Part shown: positions 8,586 through 16,389 of the stretch, in pieces
Numbering within the stretch: position 1 is the first letter of the stretch
Layout: each line of letters starts with the position of its first letter
From: Synechococcales cyanobacterium VAR_4_metabat_354
Lineage (GTDB): Bacteria > Cyanobacteriota > Cyanobacteriia > Cyanobacteriales > Chamaesiphonaceae
Assembly (NCBI GenBank): GCA_031414775.1
Contig: JANOQI010000049.1
Span: forward strand, 1-25,503
Reading direction: 5' to 3'
Length of the DNA stretch: 25,503 nucleotides
Made by a program: the position numbers and the translations under genes
Notes under the pieces: generated by a model
What the model saw: the letters and a program-made list of their open reading frames with translations, nothing else
Told to the model about the DNA's origin: nothing
Databases searched by the model: none

Positions 8586-10931
8586 TTAGACAACTGTAAA
8601 GTTATTAGCGTTAAGGCCACTTGCATTAGACAAATTACCAATCAAAACTTTTCCACCTATTCCACTTCCGTCAGCATCAAAATATAAGTTTCCGTCGGTG
8701 GTATTGCAGATGAATCTTTGGGATGCTGTCTCAACACTAGTGACACCACTGCCAGTAATCAGTTGATCACTATTAAATGGCACTGTAGCACTTAATCCAC
8801 CACCAAATAATGCTGCTGAAATTTGTAGTTTGTCTTGGCTGCTATCGAAATCTCTGATAAAATCCAAACCGGAATTCGGAGAGTTGATTACAAAAATATT
8901 TGCACCACCGTTACCCCAGAGGATGTCATCACCAAAGCCACCATTTAAGGTGTCATTACCAAGGCCACCAAACAGTTCATCGTTGTCAAGGCCACCATCT
9001 AAGATGTCATTGCCAGCTTCACCATATAGGGCATCAATACCTTCATTGCCAAATAGTTCGTCGTCTCCAGCATCACCAACTAGTTCATCGTTGCCCAGGC
9101 CACCATTTAAGATGTCATTACCCAGACCACCATACAAACCATCATCACCTTGATCACCATTTAACATATCGTTGCCAGCGTCGCCATAGAGTTCGTCACC
9201 TCCATCGCCGCCAAACAGTTCGTCATTGTCGAGGCCACCATCTAAGATGTCATCGCCAGCTTCACCATATAGGGCATCAATACCTTCGCCGCCGAATAAT
9301 TCGTCGTTTCCAGCATCACCAACTAGTTCATCGTTGCCCAGGTCACCATTTAAGATGTCATTACCCACGCCACCATACAAACCATCATCACCTTGACCAC
9401 CATTTAACGTATCGTTGCCAGCGTCGCCATAGAGTTCATCACTTCCATCGCCGCCAAATAGTTCGTCGTTGTCGAAGCCACCATCTAAGATGTCATCGCC
9501 AGCTTCACCATACAAACCATCAATACCTTCATTGCCGAATAATTCGTCGTTGCCAGCATCCCCGACTAGTTCATCGTTGCCCAGGTCACCATTTAAGATG
9601 TCATTACCCACGCCACCATACAAACCATCATCGCCTTGACCACCATTTAACGTATCGTTGCCAGCGTCGCCATAGAGCTCGTCACTACCTGCGCCGCCAA
9701 ATAATTTATCATTACCCGAGCCACCTTCTAAAGTGTCATCGCTACCCAGTCCATTGATAATATCGTCGCCAACAGTGCCGGTTAATTCGTCTGACTGAGG
9801 AGTACCATTAATAATCGTGCCCGTTGGATCTGGGTTTGGACTCACTAATTGTGTTGTGGTTCTCGGTGCAGAAGCTACGGATTGCTCATTTCCAGCATTA
9901 TCTGTGGCTAAACTATAAAAAGTATAAGTGTTTCCAATTTCTCCAGTGAAGGCAGCCGATGCTGCCCTAGAATCAGTTAACCACTGAGTGAAATCTCCAC
10001 TATTAACCGATACGAAACCATCATAGTCTCTGATTCCACTCAGATCACCAAAACCGGAAGCGACGTTGATAGTTGTTCCAATTGTTGTTGTTGGTAAGTT
10101 TTCGACTCCGCCCGTCGGTACGGAAATATCTAGCTGGGCTAGGTCGCCAGAACCAAAACGGGTAGTTGATGTAAAGATATTAGATTGTCCTGGTTCTAAG
10201 GAAAACATATTTCTTAAACCCAGAGCCACATCATACTCAGCACCACTATCAATAAATTGATCGGAGTTGCCATCACCTCTGACAATGCGGTCTTGAAAAG
10301 CTTTACCATTCAAAACAGTTCTATTTAAAGAACTATAGCTATCTAATTCAAAGCGATTTATTGTTGGGATTGTTCCACCATTTCCGGTGATGCCAAAAAA
10401 AGTTGTATCGGCTTGGCCTATTCCACCAAGATCAGTTTCAAACAAGATGTCTTGACCATTTTGATTGAATTTGCCACCGCCATCCGCTAGGCTGCCATCA
10501 AATAGTAAATCACCGTCAACGTAGCGAACTAAATCGAAGTCGATTGCTTGGTCGGTGGTATTAGTAACAGTGTAGGTTTGATCGAGACGACTGCCGGTGC
10601 GAATGCTAGAAATATTTAATAGATCTTGAGTGGTTTGCTTGAGTTGGAATTTGAGTCCATTGACAGTGAAGGTACTATTGTTGACATCCGTAAAGGTTTC
10701 ATCGGAGCTGGCAGCGTTTCTCAGTGCAGTTCTTGCGCCAGTTTTACCATCACTGCCAATAATGCCGAGGGCAACGTAGGAAAGATATGTCGTACTGGCG
10801 GATGTCTTGTCACCTAATGGGTCATATAAAGCTTGGCCAGCCGAAGAAGCGCTGCCAAATTCACCAAATTCGTTGACCGTAACTTTGAGTTCACCATCAC
10901 CAGCTGTGGTAGAAATCGTATTTGTAGCCAT
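8586..10931 (-). CDS. RTX (hemolysin-type Ca-binding) repeat protein, probable T1SS cargo or surface adhesin
   Basis: About 30 GGxGxDxLx nonapeptides and a C-terminal DFIRDF...DKLQIS...GNLYFDADGSG secretion-type tail. No Sec signal. An FnIII-like module (FTGEIGNTYTFYSLATDNAGNEQ) precedes the repeats. Lies directly upstream of hlyD-ppiC-hlyB. Confidence 0.92.
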   Translation of the reverse strand: MATNTISTTAGDGELKVTVNEFGEFGSASSAGQALYDPLGDKTSASTTYLSYVALGIIGSDGKTGARTALRNAASSDETFTDVNNSTFTVNGLKFQLKQTTQDLLNISSIRTGSRLDQTYTVTNTTDQAIDFDLVRYVDGDLLFDGSLADGGGKFNQNGQDILFETDLGGIGQADTTFFGITGNGGTIPTINRFELDSYSSLNRTVLNGKAFQDRIVRGDGNSDQFIDSGAEYDVALGLRNMFSLEPGQSNIFTSTTRFGSGDLAQLDISVPTGGVENLPTTTIGTTINVASGFGDLSGIRDYDGFVSVNSGDFTQWLTDSRAASAAFTGEIGNTYTFYSLATDNAGNEQSVASAPRTTTQLVSPNPDPTGTIINGTPQSDELTGTVGDDIINGLGSDDTLEGGSGNDKLFGGAGSDELYGDAGNDTLNGGQGDDGLYGGVGNDILNGDLGNDELVGDAGNDELFGNEGIDGLYGEAGDDILDGGFDNDELFGGDGSDELYGDAGNDTLNGGQGDDGLYGGVGNDILNGDLGNDELVGDAGNDELFGGEGIDALYGEAGDDILDGGLDNDELFGGDGGDELYGDAGNDMLNGDQGDDGLYGGLGNDILNGGLGNDELVGDAGDDELFGNEGIDALYGEAGNDILDGGLDNDELFGGLGNDTLNGGFGDDILWGNGGANIFVINSPNSGLDFIRDFDSSQDKLQISAALFGGGLSATVPFNSDQLITGSGVTSVETASQRFICNTTDGNLYFDADGSGIGGKVLIGNLSNASGLNANNFTVV
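8958..9686 (-). repeat. Three tandem 243-bp (81-aa, 9 RTX nonapeptides) higher-order repeats inside the RTX gene
   Basis: GCGTCGCCATAGAG recurs at 9178, 9421 and 9664 (period 243). The unit DELYGDAGNDxLNGxQGDDGLYGGxGNDILNGxLGNDELVGDAG...NDELFGG occurs three times. Confidence 0.92.
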
Positions 10932-11291
10932 AATGCCCCTGTAATTTACTTGTTGTAGCAGAGTTCTTGAATTTCAGTGTGCCCTATTCGTAGATTTTGG
11001 CCACACCCAAAGGTTAAGATTTGGTTTAGCCAAGACTTTATACTAAGTAAATAAGGGGAAATACAAGTTTCCATAATAATATACTTAAAAACTGTAATAA
11101 TCAAAAAATAGGTTTATACTACTAATGTAATCTAAATATCTTCACGATTTCAATCTGTCTGAATCCTGGCTGAATTCTACTGACAATGAGCGAGCACAAC
11201 GTTCTGTCACGACTGGGACATGTTCTTACCAATAATCCTGAACTATTCACTGCGGTAACGAATAGCTTTGCTAAAAAAGGTTTGGCGACTA

Positions 11292-11927
11292 TTAACCACC
11301 GAGTTTTTTATAAAGCCCCATCAGTTCATCAAATTTACTTTTATTGCCCTGCCGTTGATAAATTTCAGCAGCTGTTTTCAGATCTTGTAAGCCGCCCTTC
11401 TTATCGCCTAACTTCTCATACTTAATCAGAGCACGACCTTGATAGGGAAAAGGATATTCTGGGTTGAGTGCAATCGCTTTATTGTAGTCATTCATTGCCT
11501 GGGGATATTGCAGCAAGCGGCTATAAGCTAGGCCTCGATTGTAATAAATATTCGGATCGGAGGCACCCTGCGCTAGTGCCAGATTATATCTGTCGATCGC
11601 CTCAGGGGTTCTACCTAAATCATCCAAGACATTGGCACTATTCACCAACGCCTCCACAAAATTTGGCCGCAGTTTCAGAGCCTCATCAAAATTCTTTAAA
11701 GCACCTGGTAAATCATTAGCTTGGTATTTAGCGATGCCCTGATTATATAAATCGACGGCATTTTTAGCTTTGAGGTTAGTCGATCGATCCTCACCAGCTT
11801 TGGATAATACTAAGTTCTGATTGATCGAAGCCCCGCCCGCCTGAGCCGTAGTTAAGGTAGACCCCAAAACCAGGCTAGTGCAAACCAATAACAACCAGGG
11901 CAGGAACTTCATGTTAGAAGACATCAT
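11292..11927 (-). CDS. Secreted/periplasmic tetratricopeptide repeat protein
   Basis: Signal peptide MKFLPWLLLVCTSLVLGSTLTTAQA (start may be 11912), TPR motifs (YNQG..., YYNRGLAY...A..DYNKAIALNP), and the cyanobacterial C-terminal helix DLKTAAEIYQRQG. Confidence 0.9.
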   Translation of the reverse strand: MMSSNMKFLPWLLLVCTSLVLGSTLTTAQAGGASINQNLVLSKAGEDRSTNLKAKNAVDLYNQGIAKYQANDLPGALKNFDEALKLRPNFVEALVNSANVLDDLGRTPEAIDRYNLALAQGASDPNIYYNRGLAYSRLLQYPQAMNDYNKAIALNPEYPFPYQGRALIKYEKLGDKKGGLQDLKTAAEIYQRQGNKSKFDELMGLYKKLGG

Positions 11928-12005
11928 TAATCTAAAGTGGATACATATCTAGCGAATACGATTTGACCGACGCAACATCCGTACCAATATCTCTAGTCTA
12001 ATGAT

Positions 12006-12794
12006 TTAGTTCTTGGAAATCATCACCGCCCACGGCGTGGGGAAAGCGCGCCATTCTGAAATAGCGAGTAGCTGATCCATGCTACCCCACTCGGCCACTA
12101 GAGGCGGCAAAGTAATATCGCGCAGTTGACCATGAACGATCGAGATATCGTGAGTGGCTTGAAATCTATCCGTAATTAATTCCATAATATTCGGTGCAAA
12201 ACCATCGTGGAGTTCCACAATGATGTCCATCTGTCTCAGGGAGCTGGCTTCAGCCGGATTTAGTAATTCTTCTTCGCCTCCTTCAATATCACATAATACT
12301 AGCGTTTTGCGATCGACAAACTGCTGAAAATCAGCAGGTTGAAAAAGGCCGTTGATACTCACTCGATCGCTCACCCCATTTTGCACCGCTAGCTGCCGAC
12401 AGTCCTTGTGAGCCGCCAAGTTAGTGTCGTAGGCAAAAACCTGAGCTTGGGGCATTAACATGGCTAAACCCACGGCATAGAAACCTTCGGAGCAACCAAC
12501 ATTCACCACTGCTTGATAAGGGCGCTGAATTGCTGCTCGGAAGTAAGGTTCTAGTTCGGCCTCATAGCAACCCAGTAATTTCGCGATGTAGCAGCCCTCC
12601 GCACAGTCTGGCAAATACTTCATACCCTGAAACAGTCCGGCCTGGACAGTGAATCCATAAGTCTTGGTAAATTGCTCTTGCAACACACTGGCACGGTGCA
12701 ACGATAACAACCGCAAAGCCTCCTTAAGACTATCAGTAGAAGCGGTGGCAATTAGCTCAGGAAGCTGCGGGTCAATAGTGAAAGTCGAATTCAT
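12006..12794 (-). CDS. Class I SAM-dependent methyltransferase (FkbM-like)
   Basis: GLFQGMKY, KLLGCYEAEL, SAM motif VVNVGCSEGFYAVG, and LCDIEGGE...IIVELH. True start taken as ATG 12794 (MNSTF) because the longer ORF overlaps the divergent gene. Confidence 0.82.
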   Translation of the reverse strand: MNSTFTIDPQLPELIATASTDSLKEALRLLSLHRASVLQEQFTKTYGFTVQAGLFQGMKYLPDCAEGCYIAKLLGCYEAELEPYFRAAIQRPYQAVVNVGCSEGFYAVGLAMLMPQAQVFAYDTNLAAHKDCRQLAVQNGVSDRVSINGLFQPADFQQFVDRKTLVLCDIEGGEEELLNPAEASSLRQMDIIVELHDGFAPNIMELITDRFQATHDISIVHGQLRDITLPPLVAEWGSMDQLLAISEWRAFPTPWAVMISKN

Positions 12795-12845
12795 GTAGCG
12801 TGAGATATACAATCCGATACAATATAACTTGTTTAAAGGATCACC

Positions 12846-13307
12846 ATGGAAATCGTCTTTCGAGAATTTAACCCCTTCAATGTCTGGTTCTGGATGGAAT
12901 TCAAAACTGTACCCTCCACCCAAGAGCAAAACTTGATCGAGGAGACTTTTTCTTCCTGGTTTTTTCTGGGGAAACTGGGCAGCTTCAATGCTGAGAATAT
13001 GCAGGTGCAAGAAACTGGCTTGGATCTTAGCTATATGGAATACGATTCTAGGGTGGCCGACGATAGCCTAATGGCTGTCATGCATAACATGGGTGAAATT
13101 GAATATTTAGGCACTTGGGGACGGTGTTGGTTTGATTTGGGCACTAGTGATGCGATCGCTCTTGACATCTTAGTTAATGCTTTGCAGCGCTTAAGTGTGG
13201 AATATGTAGAACTCGATCGACTGGTGATTGGCGGTGAAAATGAAGACTGGCCGGTAGAACTCGATCATCAGCAATCTCTGTTCTACGACGAAAATGATGA
13301 TAACTAA
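12846..13307 (+). CDS. DUF3531-family conserved cyanobacterial protein
   Basis: MEIVFREFNPFNVWFWMEF...SWFFLGKLGSFNAENMQVQ...MHNMGEIEY.GTWGRCWFDLGTSD. Confidence 0.88.
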   Translation: MEIVFREFNPFNVWFWMEFKTVPSTQEQNLIEETFSSWFFLGKLGSFNAENMQVQETGLDLSYMEYDSRVADDSLMAVMHNMGEIEYLGTWGRCWFDLGTSDAIALDILVNALQRLSVEYVELDRLVIGGENEDWPVELDHQQSLFYDENDDN

Positions 13308-13350
13308 GCTAGAGTAAAGGCATTGAGTTTGATTTGAACGGAGTCAAAAC

Positions 13351-13608
13351 GTGGCCAAATATACCCCTTACAATCTTCAGCTGCAAATCTCCCGCATGTT
13401 TCAAGATGGTCAGAGCCTATTTGCCAGCATTAAAGTTCAAGATTGGCTCAAAGAGCGCAATGAAAATGCGGCTGATTACGAAATCTCTTTTACGAAGTGT
13501 CCGGCGGCTCCTGGCTCTAGAGAAGTCCAAATCGTTGATATTAACCTGAAGCGGAAGGATGGTCAGCCGGTGGCTGATTGGCTGCTGGAGCAACTGACCA
13601 ATAACTAA
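13351..13608 (+). CDS. Conserved cyanobacterial hypothetical protein (85 aa)
   Basis: GTG start with a GGAG Shine-Dalgarno. The stretch TPYNLQLQISRMFQDGQS...KVQDWLKER...LKRKDGQPV.W is recalled as a conserved cyanobacterial sequence. Confidence 0.8.
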   Translation: MAKYTPYNLQLQISRMFQDGQSLFASIKVQDWLKERNENAADYEISFTKCPAAPGSREVQIVDINLKRKDGQPVADWLLEQLTNN

Positions 13609-13670
13609 ATTCCCTATGAATTTAAGTTAGTAAATCTATTGTTTTAGGTGAAATGAAGTACTTAGCATGG

Positions 13671-13709
13671 ACAGTTTCAGTAGTACTCATAGAGATTCAC
13701 TGAAACTGT
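13671..13709. terminator. Stem-loop between convergent genes (likely bidirectional terminator)
   Basis: Perfect 11-bp inverted repeat ACAGTTTCAGT (13671-13681) / ACTGAAACTGT (13699-13709). Confidence 0.7.
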
Positions 13710-13718
13710 TTATACTAT

Positions 13719-14078
13719 CTATCGGCTATTTCGCCGAGTTGCTGGATTCTTGTAAATAGGATTACAAACATCCACATTAACACTGACATTAGCACCAGTA
13801 GAACCAGCGTGATCAACATTGTTAGTGTTGGTAGATTTACCACAGGTATCGCTTACCCCAATCTGAATATCATTGTGGACATTGGCTCCACTCGGGTTCT
13901 TGATTTCGCTACGCGAGTTTCGCTTGCGATTGGTAGGGGTACCACCATTACCCATATTGGTAAAAACATCAACGTTGTTAACAGTGTTACCGGAACTGCC
14001 AGCCATAGCTGGAGGCATAGAGATACTGCCCAAAATGACAGCAGCCAGGGCTAGAAGGCTAGAATGTTTAATCTGCAT
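13719..14078 (-). CDS. Small secreted Asn-rich protein with internal NNVD/GANV repeats and two Cys
   Basis: Signal peptide MQIKHSSLLALAAVILGSISMPPAMA; repeats NTVNNVD/TNTNNVD and SGANVHND/TGANVSVN; basic tail TRRNSR. Confidence 0.8.
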   Translation of the reverse strand: MQIKHSSLLALAAVILGSISMPPAMAGSSGNTVNNVDVFTNMGNGGTPTNRKRNSRSEIKNPSGANVHNDIQIGVSDTCGKSTNTNNVDHAGSTGANVSVNVDVCNPIYKNPATRRNSR

Positions 14079-14107
14079 AGAAATCTCTGATTAGTTTGGT
14101 TCGCGAT

Positions 14108-14530
14108 TTAGTCGTCTAGATCTAGGGAAAACTGGGTGATCCCTCCTTGTACTCTAGTTACTGCTTTATGGCCGTCACCAGAAGAATGGCTAGAAAAATT
14201 AGATTGATAGCTGGAACTACCACCAGAGTTAGTGATGGTCGTGGTAGTAATAGTAGAAGAACTAAATGGTTTGAGAGTTCGACTATTTTTACTATGACTA
14301 TATTGGTTGTACCAATATCCCCGACTCGGTTGGCGGCGAGGAAGTTCGCTATCTACCTGAAATCTGCCCATTTCAATCTGTGTACCACGGCCAGAGCCAC
14401 GGATTATTTTGACCTTTCCGGCCTGAATAACCTGATTATTATAGGAATCGGCATAAGCACTGCCAACGATCGATAGCAATGCAAGAGTAATAGTTGCTAT
14501 GCCTAAAGTCCAAAATTTGCGGTGAAACAT
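14108..14530 (-). CDS. Small secreted Ser/Thr-rich protein
   Basis: Signal peptide MFHRKFWTLGIATITLALLSIVGSAYA (ATG 14530, preceded by GGAG); low-complexity SSSTITTTTITNSGGSSS. Confidence 0.78.
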   Translation of the reverse strand: MFHRKFWTLGIATITLALLSIVGSAYADSYNNQVIQAGKVKIIRGSGRGTQIEMGRFQVDSELPRRQPSRGYWYNQYSHSKNSRTLKPFSSSTITTTTITNSGGSSSYQSNFSSHSSGDGHKAVTRVQGGITQFSLDLDD

Positions 14531-14552
14531 ATTTATCTGCTCCAATTTTAAA

Positions 14553-14598
14553 AGGGACTACTATCCACATGAGTTTTGATGGCAGTATTGTAGTCCCT
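14553..14598 (-). terminator. Intra-operon stem-loop after the duplicated repeat-protein genes
   Basis: Inverted repeat AGGGACTAC (14553-14561) / GTAGTCCCT (14590-14598), followed by TTTT on the minus strand. Confidence 0.55.
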
Positions 14599-14628
14599 AA
14601 TGAGTCAAAAAATATCTATTGAAGATTG

Positions 14629-14946
14629 TTAGCGACGAAGACGACGACTATCTTGACGAGTGATACTTTCTTGCTTGTTGACATTCACGGTGTCATTACC
14701 GTTGCCGAAAACATCGTTAGATTGGGTATTGACAATAGAAGTACCAGAATCACCAGTTCGACGACCTCTTTGAGTAGTCGTAGATCTTTGCTTACTAACG
14801 TTGACAGTAGAGTTACCGTTACCAGTAATCACATTAGTTTGCTGATTATCTAAAATAGTAGCGGAGTCACCACCAGCAAAAGCGGGAATACCAGTGATCA
14901 GTAATAAGGCAGAAGCGAGACCGAAAGATGCTGTGCGTAAAGACAT
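14629..14946 (-). CDS. Secreted curli/Fap-like repeat protein, copy B (105 aa)
   Basis: Signal MSLRTASFGLASALLLITGIPAFA; two 29-aa repeats DSATILDNQQTNVITGNGNSTVNVSKQRS and DSGTSIVNTQSNDVFGNGNDTVNVNKQES; tail SRRLRR. Start 14946 chosen by homology with copy A. Confidence 0.85.
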   Translation of the reverse strand: MSLRTASFGLASALLLITGIPAFAGGDSATILDNQQTNVITGNGNSTVNVSKQRSTTTQRGRRTGDSGTSIVNTQSNDVFGNGNDTVNVNKQESITRQDSRRLRR

Positions 14947-15004
14947 TAGTTTTTCCCTGAGTTTAGTGTAGATGTTCGTTCTTGATGCTAGCCGTTCTGA
15001 GTGA

Positions 15005-15319
15005 TTAGCGACGAAGACGACGACTATCTTGACGAGTGATACTTTCTTGCTTGTTGACATTCACGGTGTCATTACCATTGCCGAAAACGTCGTTAGATTG
15101 GGTATTGACAATAGAAGTACCCGAATCACCCGTTTTACGACCTCTTTGAGTAGTCGTAGATCTTTGCTTGCTAATGTTGACGGTAGAATTGCCGTTACCA
15201 GTAATCACATTTGTTTGCTGACTATCTAAAACAGTAGCTGAGTCACCAGCAAAAGCGGGAATACCAGTGATAAGTAGTAAAGCAGAAACGAGACCGAAAG
15301 ATGCTGTGCGTAAAGACAT
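15005..15319 (-). CDS. Secreted curli/Fap-like repeat protein, copy A (104 aa)
   Basis: Near-identical paralog of 14629-14946 (5 substitutions and one indel); AGGA Shine-Dalgarno upstream. Confidence 0.85.
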   Translation of the reverse strand: MSLRTASFGLVSALLLITGIPAFAGDSATVLDSQQTNVITGNGNSTVNISKQRSTTTQRGRKTGDSGTSIVNTQSNDVFGNGNDTVNVNKQESITRQDSRRLRR

Positions 15320-15373
15320 TAGTTTTTTCCTGTGAGGTTAAGTAAAATTAAGCTAAGTTGTTATCAATGCTGT

Positions 15374-15709
15374 TTAGTGTCCGTAGCGTGGAAATCCTCT
15401 ATAACGCTGGAATCCTGGACGCTCAGTATTGCGAACTTCCGCTTGCTGTGTATTGCGATTCACACAAGTATTGTTGTTGCCAGCGATGTCACAGCTTTGG
15501 TTGCTCCGTATTGAAACACCGGTACCACCGCCACCCCGGGTGGAAACGTTAGCCGACTGGTTACTGATATTGGTGGCATTGTTGTTATTGCCAGTAATAA
15601 CCGTGTTTTGGTTATTATCGAGTACTACGGCAGTGTCAGCAAAGGCTGGAACAGTAGATAGCACTACAGAAGCGAAAACGATACCAAAGGGTACTTTAAA
15701 CAAAGACAT
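15374..15709 (-). CDS. Secreted curli/Fap-like repeat protein, divergent paralog with a Cys pair (111 aa)
   Basis: Signal MSLFKVPFGIVFASVVLSTVPAFA; repeats DTAVVLDNNQNTVITGNNNNATNISNQSA and GTGVSIRSNQSCDIAGNNNTCVNRNTQQA; Arg/aromatic tail; strong AGGAG SD at 15720-15716. Confidence 0.85.
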   Translation of the reverse strand: MSLFKVPFGIVFASVVLSTVPAFADTAVVLDNNQNTVITGNNNNATNISNQSANVSTRGGGGTGVSIRSNQSCDIAGNNNTCVNRNTQQAEVRNTERPGFQRYRGFPRYGH

Positions 15710-15761
15710 TGCAAACTCCTATTAAGTTAGCTTTATAAACGTAGCAATGTACATAATTAGA

Positions 15762-15871
15762 GAGGAAGTTCGAGAAGTTGTTAAAGAGGCTCTGTTGTCG
15801 ATATCGCTGGGTTTGCGATGAAGATGTCGTAATGTCAGCAGAACCTTTCTAAGCATTTTCTAAACTTCTTC
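15762..15871. promoter_or_regulatory. Long imperfect hairpin in the leader of the repeat-protein cluster
   Basis: GAGGAAGTTCGAGAAGTTGTTAAAGAGGCTCTGTTG pairs with CAGCAGAACCTTTCTAAGCATTTTCTAAACTTCTTC (~35 bp with wobbles and bulges); inner stem ATCGC/GCGAT. Confidence 0.5.
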
Positions 15872-16351
15872 GCTTTAAAAGTATGAATTGCTCATGTAGT
15901 TAGAGACTACAAGTCTATAAACCAGGTTCCTGATAGTTCAAAATAAATTGGTTGAATAGCTGTGAAATTCAAATAGGAAGATGTTTTTAATACTGAGTAT
16001 TATGTTGCAGAAGAAATGTATGGTGGGCGATTTATAGCGAATGATGCCTTTATTGACCATTTGTTAGGTCGGGTAAAGACTTCGGCATTACATCCATATC
16101 TCATCAGCCCTTGAAAAGCCGTATAAATGCTTTTAATAAATTTTTAAAAAGCAAGAGCTAAAAAACTTATATTATATAAGTATTTTGGCTGAGTTGAAAT
16201 CGCCCAAATCTGAAGTTACTGTGGTGATAACTTAGTCAAACCAGCTATTTCGTGGCGAAGAAACTAACCGAATGTAATTTTGGGGTGAGAAATATTTGAA
16301 AGTATTGATTTTTCGTTGTTCGATTCGGCGTAGCTGAGAGAACTACCTCCA

Positions 16352-16389
16352 AAAAAATACAGCTGAGAATATTGTCAACTGTATTTTTT
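16352..16389 (-). terminator. Intrinsic terminator downstream of 16457-16897
   Basis: AAAAAATACAG.TGA / TCA.CTGTATTTTTT inverted repeat with A/U tracts on both sides. Confidence 0.7.

Larger units (their letters stand above)
14629..15332 (-). repeat. Tandem gene duplication (two ~330-bp copies including the RBS region)
   Basis: 14629-14960 versus 15005-15332 show long identical stretches, e.g. TTAGCGACGAAGACGACGACTATCTTGACGAGTGATACTTTCTTGCTTGTTGACATTCACGGTGTCATTACC. Confidence 0.95.

Noticed and set aside
8958..9686. Periodic repeats as a possible CRISPR array
   Set aside because: They are in-frame coding 27/243-bp repeats with no unique spacers, and there are no cas genes.
8830..9757. His/Arg-rich 285-aa and Ser/Pro-rich 107-aa ORFs on the + strand
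   Set aside because: Antisense shadows of the repetitive Gly/Asp RTX codons.
12795..13010. N-terminal extension of the methyltransferase ORF
   Set aside because: It overlaps the well-conserved divergent DUF3531 gene.
14947..15060. N-terminal extension of the 143-aa ORF
   Set aside because: It overlaps the upstream paralog; homology and the RBS place the start at 14946.
14626..15229. Duplicated + strand ORFs (14626-14853 and 15029-15229)
   Set aside because: Antisense to the duplicated genes; the minus-strand frames have the signal peptides and SD sites.
13719..15709. Small proteins as RiPP/bacteriocin precursors for the C39-type transporter
   Set aside because: They have Sec-type AxA signal peptides rather than double-glycine/Nif11 leaders, no modification enzymes are adjacent, and the C39 domain looks inactive.
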